DNA of 64,000 nucleotides from Candidatus Woesearchaeota archaeon (GCA_937912225.1 CALDOJ010000034.1:556-64555), one strand, 5' to 3'; counted from the stretch's first letter, positions 9,457-19,307 are shown. Numbers and translations are program-made. Notes: a model not told the origin generated them from the sequence alone.

Positions 9457-10365
9457 ATGGATGAGAAACAATTAGTAAAAGAAATTAAAAGGTTAAAAAA
9501 AGAAAAAAACGCAATTATTCTAGTGCATAATTATCAAAGACCAGAAATCTACCAAGTAGCAGATTTACTAGGAGATTCTTTAGAATTAGCAAAGAAAGCA
9601 GCTGAAACTGATAAAGACACAATAGTTTTTTGTGGAGTTCATTTTATGGCTGAAACAGCCAAATTATTGAATCCTTCAAAGAAAGTTTTACTGCCTGAAA
9701 TCAACGCAGGATGTCCAATGGCAGACATGGTAAAACCTGAAGATGTAGCTAGAATGAGAAAGGAACATCCAAAAGCAGTTGTTGCTTGCTACATTAATAC
9801 TACTGCTGAAACAAAAGCATTATGTGATATCTGTGTAACTTCAGCAAATGCAGTAGACGTAATTAACTCACTTGATGCAGATGAAGTAATTTTTGTTCCA
9901 GACATGAACTTGGGAAATTATGTTCAAAAGTTTACAAAGAAAAAAATGATTCCTTTCCAAGGATATTGTCACGTACACCATTCATTTGATGAAGAAAAAT
10001 TAAAACTTGCAAAAGAAAAATATCCTAAAGCAGTTGTAATAGCTCATCCTGAATGTCCTGAATTTATTTTAAAACATGCAGACGAAATTAGGTCCACTTC
10101 AGGCATGATTACTGCAGCAAGAGATAGTGACGCTCAAGAATTTTTAATTGCAACAGAACTTGGAATGATTGAAAGATTAAAACTTGAAGTTCCTGAAAAA
10201 ACCTTTTATTCAGCAGGAGCTATAAGAGTTTGTCCTAACATGAAAAAGACTTTTTTAGAATCAGTCTACAAAGCATTAAGAGATGATCAATACGAGATTG
10301 AAGTTCCAGAAGCAATTGCAACAAAAGCAGTTGAATGTGTTAACAGAATGATGAAGGTGAAATAA
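9457..10365 (+). CDS. nadA: Quinolinate synthase A
   Basis: RBS gaaggagg before MDEKQ. The ORF in the supplied track starts earlier, at 9433. NadA motifs and Cys ligands are present: FCGVHFMAE, AGCPMA, VFVPDMNLG, AHPEC. Confidence 0.9.
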   Translation: MDEKQLVKEIKRLKKEKNAIILVHNYQRPEIYQVADLLGDSLELAKKAAETDKDTIVFCGVHFMAETAKLLNPSKKVLLPEINAGCPMADMVKPEDVARMRKEHPKAVVACYINTTAETKALCDICVTSANAVDVINSLDADEVIFVPDMNLGNYVQKFTKKKMIPFQGYCHVHHSFDEEKLKLAKEKYPKAVVIAHPECPEFILKHADEIRSTSGMITAARDSDAQEFLIATELGMIERLKLEVPEKTFYSAGAIRVCPNMKKTFLESVYKALRDDQYEIEVPEAIATKAVECVNRMMKVK

Positions 10366-10366
10366 A

Positions 10367-11344
10367 ATGTTTGAACAAACAGCAGGAATGAGAATAGATA
10401 TGACCAATCAAGTTTATGATCAAAGTTGGCAATTAGAATTAAATGTTTCTGCACCAAAAAAGCCATTTGTTGATTATACAACCAGAGTTACTAACTTCAT
10501 CAATACAATGTTAGAAAATGATATTGGTGAAGGCGACTTAACAACTAAACTTGTTACAAATCCAAATCAGGAAGCTACAGCAATTATTAGCACTGAAGAA
10601 AATGGCGTTGTTGCAGGAATTGAAGAAGTAGTTAATTACTATGAAACTCATGGTGTTAAAGCCGTTCCTAAAGCAGAAGACGGAGATGTAGTTGAAAAAA
10701 ATCAAGAACTAATTTATCTTGAAGGTAAAGCACAATCTTTGTTAACACTTGAGCGAGTTGGGTTAAATATTATTAGACGAATGAGTGGCATTGCAACTTT
10801 AACAAGAGAATATGTTAATTTGTTAGAACCTTATAATACTCAGGTTGCAGGAACTAGAAAGACTAACTCTGAAGAATTATTGGAGAAAAAAGCAATCTAT
10901 CATGGAGGAGGATTAACTCATCGTTTAGGTTTAGACCAGCACATTATGATTAAGGATTGTCATTTAGATTTAATTGCTGCAGAAGGATATGAGCATCCAA
11001 TTACTGAAGCAGTAAACAGAGCTGAAGAAGTTCATTATAACACAATTGAAGTCGAGGTTAAAAATATTGGTGAAGCTGTTGAAGCTGCAAAAGCCATTTA
11101 TTCAGGGTTTGATATTGATAAACGATATGTTATAATGCTTGATAATATGCAACCAATTGAAATTACAGATACTCTTGAAGCACTTGGTAATTTGACCAGA
11201 GGAATTATCTTTGAAGCATCTGGCGGAATTAATCTTGATACTGCAGAAAGTTATGCTAAAACTGGAGTAGATGTTGTTTCTACCAGTCAAATTACTGAAC
11301 GAGCTATGCCTTTGAATATACATCAGAAGATAAAAATTAAATAA
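10367..11344 (+). CDS. nadC: Nicotinate-nucleotide pyrophosphorylase [carboxylating] (quinolinate phosphoribosyltransferase), with a ~40-aa N-terminal extension or a later true start
   Basis: LENDIGEGDLTT, AGTRKT, IMLDNM are classic NadC motifs. Its start overlaps the nadA stop. Confidence 0.9.
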   Translation: MFEQTAGMRIDMTNQVYDQSWQLELNVSAPKKPFVDYTTRVTNFINTMLENDIGEGDLTTKLVTNPNQEATAIISTEENGVVAGIEEVVNYYETHGVKAVPKAEDGDVVEKNQELIYLEGKAQSLLTLERVGLNIIRRMSGIATLTREYVNLLEPYNTQVAGTRKTNSEELLEKKAIYHGGGLTHRLGLDQHIMIKDCHLDLIAAEGYEHPITEAVNRAEEVHYNTIEVEVKNIGEAVEAAKAIYSGFDIDKRYVIMLDNMQPIEITDTLEALGNLTRGIIFEASGGINLDTAESYAKTGVDVVSTSQITERAMPLNIHQKIKIK

Positions 11345-11362
11345 AAAAATAAAAAAAATTAT

Positions 11363-11962
11363 TTATTCAAAAAGATTAGTTGGTGCAACACTTGTTCCTG
11401 CATCCGCTTCAAACATATCTCTGGTTTCAAATCCGAATATTCCGGCCATTATATTTGAAGGAAATTTTCTAACTTTCAAATTATAATTTTTTACAGCTTT
11501 ATTGAAAATATCTCTTTCAACTTTAATTCGGTTTTCAGTTCCAGCTAATTCATCTTGAAGTGATAAGAAATTTTCTGTAGCTTTTAATTCAGGGTATCTT
11601 TCTACATTAATATTTAATCCAGAAAATCCTGCTACTGCACTTTCAACTTGCATAGATGCTGCACTTACTTCTGCAGGTGTACTTGCTGATGCCATTGCTT
11701 GTTGTGCTGCAACTGCACTTGTTCTTACTGCAGCGATTTGAGTGTGTGTTTCTTGTTCAAATTCTACTGCTGCTTGTACCGTGTCAACTAGATTTGGAAT
11801 CAAATCTGCTCGTCTTTGATATGCTGTTTGTACGTTAGCCCATTTTTCATCAACAGTTTCATCAACTGTGATTAAACCATTGTACGAACCAATAACCATC
11901 AATATCAGCAAAGCTGCTACTCCTAGTACAATCCATAAAGTTCGATTATTTTTTTTTGCCAT
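11363..11962 (-). CDS. LemA family membrane protein
   Basis: An N-terminal TM helix followed by the LemA helical domain (DETVDEKWANVQTAYQRRADLIPNLV...). Confidence 0.85.
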   Translation of the reverse strand: MAKKNNRTLWIVLGVAALLILMVIGSYNGLITVDETVDEKWANVQTAYQRRADLIPNLVDTVQAAVEFEQETHTQIAAVRTSAVAAQQAMASASTPAEVSAASMQVESAVAGFSGLNINVERYPELKATENFLSLQDELAGTENRIKVERDIFNKAVKNYNLKVRKFPSNIMAGIFGFETRDMFEADAGTSVAPTNLFE

Positions 11963-12000
11963 TTTAATTCATCTCCTGTGAAATTAAATCTCAAAATTTT

Positions 12001-12303
12001 TTAAATTTTGTTGTTTGGTTTCACCTTTAATTTGTTCTTTTTTAAAGTCCCAAAAGCTTTGTTTTTGACTGCCTTTTTACCAAGTTCTGATAATTTATTA
12101 ATTTCTCCATCATCAAGCCACATGCCTTGACAAAATGGACAAACATCAATCACTATTTTATTTTTTTCTATTTTATCCAATTTTGAAGAACATCTTGGAC
12201 AGGTTAAATCATTATCATCCGATATTAATAATCTTTTCCCTAAGAAAATCCAAGATAGTTTTTGTTTGAGTTTACTTGTACCTGTTTCTTTTATTTCTGA
12301 CAT
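12001..12303 (-). CDS. Zinc-ribbon protein (zf-TFIIB-like, CPxC...CxxCxGxWxDxGE)
   Basis: CPRCSSKL...CPFCQGMWLDDGEINKL. The real start is probably MSEIKETG at 12303. The longer ORF in the track reads through the GC-rich Gly-codon repeat of the upstream gene. Confidence 0.65.
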   Translation of the reverse strand: MSEIKETGTSKLKQKLSWIFLGKRLLISDDNDLTCPRCSSKLDKIEKNKIVIDVCPFCQGMWLDDGEINKLSELGKKAVKNKAFGTLKKNKLKVKPNNKI

Positions 12304-12304
12304 T

Positions 12305-13138
12305 TTACCATCCTCCTCCGGCTCCGCCGCCGCCAAAACCACCGCCACCAAAGCCACCAAAGCTTCCACCGCCACCAAATCCTCCTCGTCCGCCTCTTAA
12401 CATTGAGGACGCAAGCATAGCAGCAAAGAAAAGATTTCCATTATCTTTTCTTGTTCCGTGTTTTCCTTGACCTTTTGCAGCAATTGATCTTATCATTGAC
12501 ATTATAAAAAATACTATTAAAAATATTAATCCAGGACTAATACCTGGTTGTGTTCTTGGTGTTGGAATTGCAACTTTATTTGTTAATTCGACTTGTAATT
12601 CATTTGCAATTTCATTTATTGCAGCCATACTACCTTCAAAATAAGATTCTTCTTTAAAATACGGAACTAATAATTCTCGCCCAATCCTACCAACTTTTGC
12701 ATCGTTAAAAATAGGCTCTAAACCTCTTCCAACATTAAACCAGTATGCTCTGTCTTCAACTGCAATTAATAATAATAAACCGTTGTTTGTTTCTGAATTA
12801 CCTAAGTTTTCATTAGAAATTTCTTGAGCAAACATTTGAATATCATAACCATCTAATGATTTGATAGTTACAATTGAAACTTCAGCTATTTTTGAATTAT
12901 AAATATTTAATAATGAACTGCTCAACAGTTCTTCTTGTGCATCAGAAAAGATATTCCCATAATCATTCACTAAATAAGTTATTTTTATTTCTGAAGGAGA
13001 TTCGGCAATAGTTAAAGGTATAACTAATAATAAAATTGTTAATAGAACTAAATATTTTGTTCTCATAAAGAAGAGTGCAGAAAGCATAATATAAAAAACT
13101 ATTGAATATTGTTTTTTTTTCAAAAAGTTATTAAACAA
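12305..13138 (-). CDS. TPM-domain (YgcG-like) membrane protein with a Gly-rich C-terminal tail
   Basis: Signal peptide (the probable true start is MRTKYLVLL near 13063), a TPM-like domain, a TM helix and a GGGGSFGGFGGGGFGGGGAGGGW tail typical of this family. It co-occurs with LemA, as is usual. Confidence 0.7.
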   Translation of the reverse strand: MFNNFLKKKQYSIVFYIMLSALFFMRTKYLVLLTILLLVIPLTIAESPSEIKITYLVNDYGNIFSDAQEELLSSSLLNIYNSKIAEVSIVTIKSLDGYDIQMFAQEISNENLGNSETNNGLLLLIAVEDRAYWFNVGRGLEPIFNDAKVGRIGRELLVPYFKEESYFEGSMAAINEIANELQVELTNKVAIPTPRTQPGISPGLIFLIVFFIMSMIRSIAAKGQGKHGTRKDNGNLFFAAMLASSMLRGGRGGFGGGGSFGGFGGGGFGGGGAGGGW

Positions 13139-13158
13139 ACTCGCGTCACTTTTTAGTT

Positions 13159-15258
13159 ATGAGTTCAGATTTAGATTACATAACAGTTCTTGAAGCTTTA
13201 CAAAGCATTCCTTTTAATGTTGGAAAGAAATTGTTATCAGATGTTTTAAGAGGAGATGATAAGAACGAGTCTGTTAAAAAGAATTTTTTGAATCGTTTAG
13301 ATACTTTTGGAACTCTCGCGTATGAACCTCATGAAATCAATGCCATAGTTGATAGATTAATATTAAATGGTTTAATTAAATCTGTTTCTTTGCCTGGAAA
13401 ATCTTTTTGGAAGGTTTTAGAGCTTACTCCTAAAGGCAGAGAAGAAATTCTTAATCCTACTTTACATAAGAAAAAGCTTTCAAATCATGTTAAACATTAT
13501 GAAACTAATATTACTGATAAAGATAGAACAGTATTTTCTGCTCTTGAGTCATTTTTGTCTAAATTTAATGATGGTCAGAAAAAAGCAATTATTAGTTCTA
13601 ATAAACACATTTTGTGTATTGCAGGTGCAGGTTCAGGAAAAACTACTGTTTTAACAAAGAGAATCGAGTTTTTAACAAAGTATAAATCAGTTAATCCTTC
13701 AAAAGTTTTAGCAATTACTTTTACTAGAAAAGCTCGTCAAGAAATGATGGCTCGTATTGGAAAGTTTGATCCTTTAGGAAAAATTAGAGTTGAAACTTTT
13801 AATTCGTTCTGTGAAAAAATATTGCAAAAACATAATGATTTGGTTTATGGCAAAAAAGTTCGAGTATTAGCCTATAGAGAAAAATTTTCTGTTATTAATA
13901 AAGCACTTGCTTCATTAAATACTAATATGAAACGAGCTGTTGCTTCATACTTTACAACTCAGCAAAGAAGTGGCCGGTCTGATGAACAATTAGCAAGTAT
14001 TTTCATGAACGATTGTTTTTTTATTAGAGATTATTTTAAATTTAAGAATTTGCCTTTATCTTCAAAATTATTTGAAGGTGCAGATTATAAAAACAAACCA
14101 AGCGCAGAATTAGTTTATCATGTTTCTAAATATATTGAGGAATTTATGAATGAAGAAGGATTGCGAGATTTTGCAGATCAATTATTAGATACTATGAATC
14201 TGTTTAGAGTCCATCCTGAGTTAATTCCAAAGTTCGAACATATTTTAATTGATGAATACCAAGATGTTAATTCTACTCAAATAGAATTTGTTGATATGTT
14301 AAATGTTTCAAATGTTTTTGCAGTTGGTGACCCTCGTCAATCAATCTTTGGATGGAGAGGCTCAGACATTAAATATATTTTAGGTTTTGAAGAAAAGTAT
14401 GAAGGTTGTGAAGTTGTATCTTTAGTTATGAACTATCGTTCTACAAAAGCAATTGTTGACTTAATGAATTCTGCAATTAAATCTTTAGGAATGAATGATT
14501 TAGAAAGCAGTTTTGAAGGTGAACGAGAATTGTCGTTGTTAAAATTTAGTTCTGAATATTCTGAATTTAATCATGTTGTTGAAGAAATTAAAAAATCAAC
14601 TGTTCCTAGAAAAGAAATATTTGTTTTAGCTAGAACCAATAAACAATTAAATGAATTATCCAATATGTTAAAGAATAATTTGATTGATCATGTTGTTAAA
14701 AGCGATGAGATGAAGTCTTCAATTCTTGCTGGAGCAAATCAAGTAACTCTTGCCACAATTCATGCAATTAAAGGTTTAGAAGCAGACTTAGTTTATGTTG
14801 TTGGTTGTAATGGTTCAAACTTTCCATGTAAAGGAAGCGAACATCCAATAATCGATCTTGTTAAAGTTGATGAATATGATAAAGAAGAAGAGGAAAAAAG
14901 ATTGTTTTATGTTGCAATTTCACGAGCTCGAAAGAAATTATGTTTATCTTATTCTGGAACTAGAGCTACAATGTTTATTACTGAAGAAATGCTGAAAATG
15001 TTAAAAGAAGAAAACAAAGTGATGACTGAAGACGAAGAAGGTTCTACTAAAGGGTTAGAAAGAAGATTAAAGGACTGGCGGTTGATGAAAGCAAAAGAGT
15101 TAGGAGTACCTGCTTACACAATCATGCACGACAAAACGATTATAGACATTCGAATGAAATTACCTCAGAGTTTACGAGAGTTAGAAGAAGTTTATGGCTT
15201 TGGACCAACTAAAATCATGAGGTATGGTGAAGAAGTATTGGGGCTTATTATTGGTTGA
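13159..15258 (+). CDS. UvrD/PcrA-family superfamily-1 DNA helicase with a C-terminal HRDC domain
   Basis: Walker A AGAGSGKTT, DEYQD motif, the VATIHAIKGLE and YVAISRAR helicase motifs, and an HRDC-like C-terminal domain (LGVPAYTIMHDKTIIDI...GFGPTKIMRYGEEVL). Confidence 0.85.
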   Translation: MSSDLDYITVLEALQSIPFNVGKKLLSDVLRGDDKNESVKKNFLNRLDTFGTLAYEPHEINAIVDRLILNGLIKSVSLPGKSFWKVLELTPKGREEILNPTLHKKKLSNHVKHYETNITDKDRTVFSALESFLSKFNDGQKKAIISSNKHILCIAGAGSGKTTVLTKRIEFLTKYKSVNPSKVLAITFTRKARQEMMARIGKFDPLGKIRVETFNSFCEKILQKHNDLVYGKKVRVLAYREKFSVINKALASLNTNMKRAVASYFTTQQRSGRSDEQLASIFMNDCFFIRDYFKFKNLPLSSKLFEGADYKNKPSAELVYHVSKYIEEFMNEEGLRDFADQLLDTMNLFRVHPELIPKFEHILIDEYQDVNSTQIEFVDMLNVSNVFAVGDPRQSIFGWRGSDIKYILGFEEKYEGCEVVSLVMNYRSTKAIVDLMNSAIKSLGMNDLESSFEGERELSLLKFSSEYSEFNHVVEEIKKSTVPRKEIFVLARTNKQLNELSNMLKNNLIDHVVKSDEMKSSILAGANQVTLATIHAIKGLEADLVYVVGCNGSNFPCKGSEHPIIDLVKVDEYDKEEEEKRLFYVAISRARKKLCLSYSGTRATMFITEEMLKMLKEENKVMTEDEEGSTKGLERRLKDWRLMKAKELGVPAYTIMHDKTIIDIRMKLPQSLRELEEVYGFGPTKIMRYGEEVLGLIIG

Positions 15259-15325
15259 ATAATTTCTACAATAATTAAAGATCATAAAAATAATAACTTC
15301 AAATTTATATTTCAAAGTTAATGTT

Positions 15326-16273
15326 CTATTTTTGATACTTTTTTCTTATCTCATCAACTGTTTTGATTGTATTTGGTTGTGCCATCAAGAATACTATATA
15401 AGAATATGCCATTGAGTGATATATTACTGCAAATTCTTTTTCATTACATTTGTTTGAAAGTTTTGGTCCTTCATCAAAGTATATTTTATTCCATAAGTGA
15501 TTAATTTCTGTAAATTCTTTAGTATTACTTTTGTGATACATTTTATAAAATAATTCATATAATTTTCCTGATTTTTCATATAGCGAAATTACTTCTTTGT
15601 TTATTTTTTCATCAGATTTTATTTTGTTTAACTTTTGATAAAGAAAATAATTATCATAGTTTGTTATAACTAGTCTTTCTAATAATAAATCTGCAAAAAC
15701 CTCTTCTATTCTTGAAATTAATGCTTGTTTATGTATTGCTCTTCTACAAAACAAAGAGAATCTTCTAGTATCAGATATTAATTGGTCCAGTAGTTTTTGA
15801 TTATCAAATTTATTCTTTATTATATCTTCTAATACAACTGTGTGAGTATACTTTATTATGTTTAATAATCGATCCATGATGGTTTTTACTTCTTTAATTG
15901 TTGGGTGTGCTGTTTCTGCAATTTTGCAATAGTTATCTTTTTGTTTAACAATTTCAAAACCATTCAGATTAGATACTATTTCTTGTATTATATTCATTGC
16001 ATCTTTATCTTCAAAAGTTATTTCTAAGATATCATCGCCTCGAAGATAATGATTTTCTATATTTATCCTGTAATAATGATCTATTCCTTTTTTTAAGTGT
16101 AAAGAAACTTTTTTTGATTCAGATATATTATCAGTTGTAATTTTTAATCCTTCTTCGTCTTCTAAAATTTCAACTTCATCAGATCCTTCAAGACTATGAT
16201 CTCTAATCCATTTAATTGGGAGAGTAACTGTGTATGCAGTTTTTTGTCGGGTAATTTTTCGTTTCATAGACAA
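15326..16273 (-). CDS. Hypothetical protein, possibly an AbrB-type N-terminal domain or a PhoU-like regulator
   Basis: 315 aa. The N-terminus YTVTLPIKWIRDHSL...EVEI resembles a swapped-hairpin AbrB/SpoVT domain. The rest is helical. Family unverified. Confidence 0.45.
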   Translation of the reverse strand: MSMKRKITRQKTAYTVTLPIKWIRDHSLEGSDEVEILEDEEGLKITTDNISESKKVSLHLKKGIDHYYRINIENHYLRGDDILEITFEDKDAMNIIQEIVSNLNGFEIVKQKDNYCKIAETAHPTIKEVKTIMDRLLNIIKYTHTVVLEDIIKNKFDNQKLLDQLISDTRRFSLFCRRAIHKQALISRIEEVFADLLLERLVITNYDNYFLYQKLNKIKSDEKINKEVISLYEKSGKLYELFYKMYHKSNTKEFTEINHLWNKIYFDEGPKLSNKCNEKEFAVIYHSMAYSYIVFLMAQPNTIKTVDEIRKKYQK

Positions 16274-16372
16274 GTATAAGTTTAACTCATTTATAAAGTT
16301 TTCCCGGGATATATAGGAAATATAATGGAATCATATATATTATTATGAATAACCACTATATTGTGATTAAAA

Positions 16373-16747
16373 ATGAAAGAAAAATTAACAAAAACATTAA
16401 CTAAAGGAGATCTTGAAGTAAATTGGGGTTTCAAAGAAAAATTATTTGTCGGATCTTTTTTTACACCTCAGATTATGTCTTTTTTAACAGGCGTAGGAGT
16501 TGCACTCAATGAAGAAAATGGTCCTGTAGGATTAGAAAATATGGTTTACTTATCAGTTCCTGTCATAGGTGGAATTGTAGCTGCACTTGGAACAGGTGTT
16601 GTTGCAATACCGTTAGGATATGCTTCGCATTCCTCTCCTTCAGATATAATAAAACCAATGGCTTTTATGGGCGGTGTTTATACTGCAACATCTTGTGTCG
16701 CATTAGGACTAGGGTACGGAATAGTTAAAGGAATTAAATATTTGTGA
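16373..16747 (+). CDS. Hypothetical small membrane protein
   Basis: 124 aa with several Gly-rich hydrophobic helices. Confidence 0.45.
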   Translation: MKEKLTKTLTKGDLEVNWGFKEKLFVGSFFTPQIMSFLTGVGVALNEENGPVGLENMVYLSVPVIGGIVAALGTGVVAIPLGYASHSSPSDIIKPMAFMGGVYTATSCVALGLGYGIVKGIKYL

Positions 16748-16804
16748 AAAAAATAGTTTAGTTCATTCTGAGCATTCAATCTCGTTCTACCACACTTATA
16801 TACT

Positions 16805-16912
16805 ACAAAACCACAATCTTTATATAGACTAAGTGTTTAACTAACACTAAGATAATAAACGCAACACTTATTCTTACGAAAGACTAAGTGTAAAACAAAC
16901 AATAACTAAACA
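16805..16912 (+). repeat. Copy B of the ~105-nt conserved intergenic element. It lies upstream of the radical SAM-nadE operon.
   Basis: aaaaccacaatctttatatagactaagtgtttaactaacactaagataataaacgcaacacttattcttacgaaagactaagtgtaaaac. It is about 85-90% identical to 6817-6925, with the same half-sites at the same spacing. Confidence 0.75.
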
Positions 16913-16918
16913 AAGAAA

Positions 16919-17032
16919 ATGACAAACATAACAACAAACGAAGAACTAAGAGACCTAGGAACTGTTCATGGTAAAGAAGGCAACTTCGCAGTTCTAATGG
17001 TGAACCAAGAGGTACAATTCGTACAAATATAG
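16919..17032 (+). CDS. Small upstream ORF (37 aa). Its stop codon directly abuts the GTG start of the radical SAM gene. It may be a leader peptide, a coupling ORF or a precursor peptide.
   Basis: Translates to MTNITTNEELRDLGTVHGKEGNFAVLMVNQEVQFVQI. The last 6 nt read TAG GTG: the stop at 17030-17032, then the GTG start at 17033-17035. The ORF is not in the supplied track because it is shorter than 60 aa. Confidence 0.3.
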   Translation: MTNITTNEELRDLGTVHGKEGNFAVLMVNQEVQFVQI

Positions 17033-17917
17033 GTGATTAAAACGAGAATACAAACATATAGCGTAATTGCAGGAAGCACAGCATGCAATGCTAAATGCCC
17101 ATACTGTGTTTCAAGAATGACACCAAAAGTTGGACTCGACTATAAAATCAGCGAGCCAAACTGGCGAAACTTTGAGAAAGGATGCGAATATGCAAAAGAC
17201 AGTGGAGTCTCAACAGTTTTAATCACAGGTAAAGGCGAGCCAACATTATTCCCTGATCAAATATCAGATTATTTAACTCATTTAGAGAATTACAAGTTCC
17301 CATTCATCGAAATGCAAACAAACGGTATAACATTAGCCAAACAACAAGAGAAAATGAAACCATACCTAAAAGACTGGTATGACAAGGGACTTACAACATT
17401 TGCAATCTCAATGGTTCATTACGATTCAAAGAAGAACAAAGAAATCTACGAACCTACTGCAAAAGAACACTACGAACTTGAAGATTTAATCAAAAACCTA
17501 CATGATGAAGGATTCTCAGTAAGATTAACAAATGTAATGGTTAAAGATTACATAGACAATCTTGAAGGAGTTTTAGATTTAATCAACTTTGCAAAAGAAA
17601 ACAAAGTCGAACAATTAACAGTAAGGTCAGTTGAATCACCAAACGAAGCAGAAGATGCAAGCGTAAAAGAATGGGCTGACGAAAGAAAAATAGAACAAGA
17701 AAAAGTTGACGAAATTAGAGATTTCTTAGACGAAAACGGAACCAGACTTCTAGAATTAGTTCATGGAGCAATTGTTTATGATTACGAAGGACAAAATATC
17801 TGTGTTAGCAACTGTCTAACAATGGATCCAAACGAAGAGCGAATCAGACAATTAATTTTCTTCCCAGACGGACATTTAAGATATGACTGGGCACATGAGG
17901 GGGCAATAATACTATGA
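17033..17917 (+). CDS. Radical SAM domain protein
   Basis: CNAKCPYC is the CX3CX2C motif, near the N-terminus. GKGEPTLFP is a glycine-rich SAM motif. GTG start. The 3' end overlaps the nadE start (ATGA). Confidence 0.75.
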   Translation: MIKTRIQTYSVIAGSTACNAKCPYCVSRMTPKVGLDYKISEPNWRNFEKGCEYAKDSGVSTVLITGKGEPTLFPDQISDYLTHLENYKFPFIEMQTNGITLAKQQEKMKPYLKDWYDKGLTTFAISMVHYDSKKNKEIYEPTAKEHYELEDLIKNLHDEGFSVRLTNVMVKDYIDNLEGVLDLINFAKENKVEQLTVRSVESPNEAEDASVKEWADERKIEQEKVDEIRDFLDENGTRLLELVHGAIVYDYEGQNICVSNCLTMDPNEERIRQLIFFPDGHLRYDWAHEGAIIL

Positions 17918-18804
17918 GACGAATAAAATTAGCAAGAATGAACCCAGAACAAGTTGCCAATGAAATTGGAGATTTCATCATTAACTACACATTCGGCTCA
18001 AAAGGAGGAGTAATGGGTTTGTCAGGAGGCGTTGATTCAACAACTGTTGCAGCATTAACAAAAAAAGCTTTTGACAGATATAATCAACACAACAAAAACC
18101 AACTAGAACTTGTTGGATACATGCTTCCTTCAGGAGTTAATAATAAAGAAGATACTAAAGACGGAGTTTATGTTGCAAACAAATTAGGCATCAGATATGA
18201 AATACAAAACATCGATGCAATCGTTAATTCTTACAAAACTACTAATCCCAAAACACTAGAAAATAATTTTCACAAAGGAAATCTAATGTCTGAAGTTCGA
18301 GCTTCAATTCTACACAGAAAAGCGGCAACTGAAGGAAAATCAGTAATTGGAACTGGTAATAAAGATGAAGATTTTGGAATTGGTTATTACACTTTATTTG
18401 GAGATGGTGCAGTTCATATGAGCCCAATCGGTAACTTACCAAAAAGATTAGTTAGAGAAATGGCAGCATACCTGGGATTTACAGAATTAGCTAACAGAAT
18501 TCCAACTGCAGGTCTAGAACCAGATCAAACTGACTTCAAAGATTTAGGTTACAGCTACGACGTTGTAGAACTAATCACTGAAGGAATAAATCAAGGATTC
18601 GAATATAACCAATTAATCAATCATGAACAAGTAATTCCATTAGTAAACAAAGAACTGGAGGCATACGAAAAAATGTACGAAACAAGAAAATTTAACTCTG
18701 TAGAAGACGTTGTAAATGACATATACAACAGACACGATTTAGCAAACATCAAAGCAAATATCATCAACCCACCAATTGCAGAAATAACATTAGAATACAG
18801 GTAA
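17914..18804 (+). CDS. nadE: NH3-dependent NAD+ synthetase
   Basis: PP-loop GLSGGVDSTTVAAL and NadE-type downstream motifs. Confidence 0.9.
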   Translation: MRRIKLARMNPEQVANEIGDFIINYTFGSKGGVMGLSGGVDSTTVAALTKKAFDRYNQHNKNQLELVGYMLPSGVNNKEDTKDGVYVANKLGIRYEIQNIDAIVNSYKTTNPKTLENNFHKGNLMSEVRASILHRKAATEGKSVIGTGNKDEDFGIGYYTLFGDGAVHMSPIGNLPKRLVREMAAYLGFTELANRIPTAGLEPDQTDFKDLGYSYDVVELITEGINQGFEYNQLINHEQVIPLVNKELEAYEKMYETRKFNSVEDVVNDIYNRHDLANIKANIINPPIAEITLEYR

Positions 18805-18868
18805 ATAAAATGCGACCCCAAACAAAAATAGAATTTTTGAAAATTCATAATTTCAAAAAGGTGAAACC

Positions 18869-19306
18869 ATGAATCAACCATACCCACTACCAGCAACAGA
18901 CGTAATAATAGAATACAAAAATTGTGTTAAAGAAGGAATTGTATTAATTACTAGAAAATATAATTCTAAAGGCAAAATTGCTTTACCTGGTGGACATGCA
19001 GAGCTTGGATTAACACTCGAAGATAACGCGGTAAAAGAAGCTAAAGAAGAAACTGGACTAGATGTAATAATTCAAAATCCAAACAGACCTTGGGTTTATT
19101 CTGATGGAAATAGAGATCCTCGAGGCCATTACATCAGCAATACTTACATCGCAACTGGAACCGGAACAATACAAGCAGGTGACGATGCTGCAACTGCAAC
19201 TCTTTACAGTTTAGATGAAGTTGTTAATCTGCTTGATAAAAATAAATTTGCATTCGATCATGAAGATATTGTAAAAGATTATCTAAGACATAGGAGGGTT
19301 CTATAA
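18869..19306 (+). CDS. Nudix hydrolase (ADP-ribose pyrophosphatase-like)
   Basis: Nudix box GGHAELGLTLEDNAVKEAKEETGL. It is adjacent to an NMNAT-like gene, as in NadM-Nudix fusions. Confidence 0.8.
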   Translation: MNQPYPLPATDVIIEYKNCVKEGIVLITRKYNSKGKIALPGGHAELGLTLEDNAVKEAKEETGLDVIIQNPNRPWVYSDGNRDPRGHYISNTYIATGTGTIQAGDDAATATLYSLDEVVNLLDKNKFAFDHEDIVKDYLRHRRVL

Positions 19307-19307
19307 A

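Noticed and set aside
12276-12470. Plus-strand ORF encoding a poly-Pro peptide (PPPAPPPPKPPPPKPP...)
   Set aside because: It is the reverse complement of the Gly-codon repeat that encodes the TPM protein's poly-Gly tail. It is an artefact.
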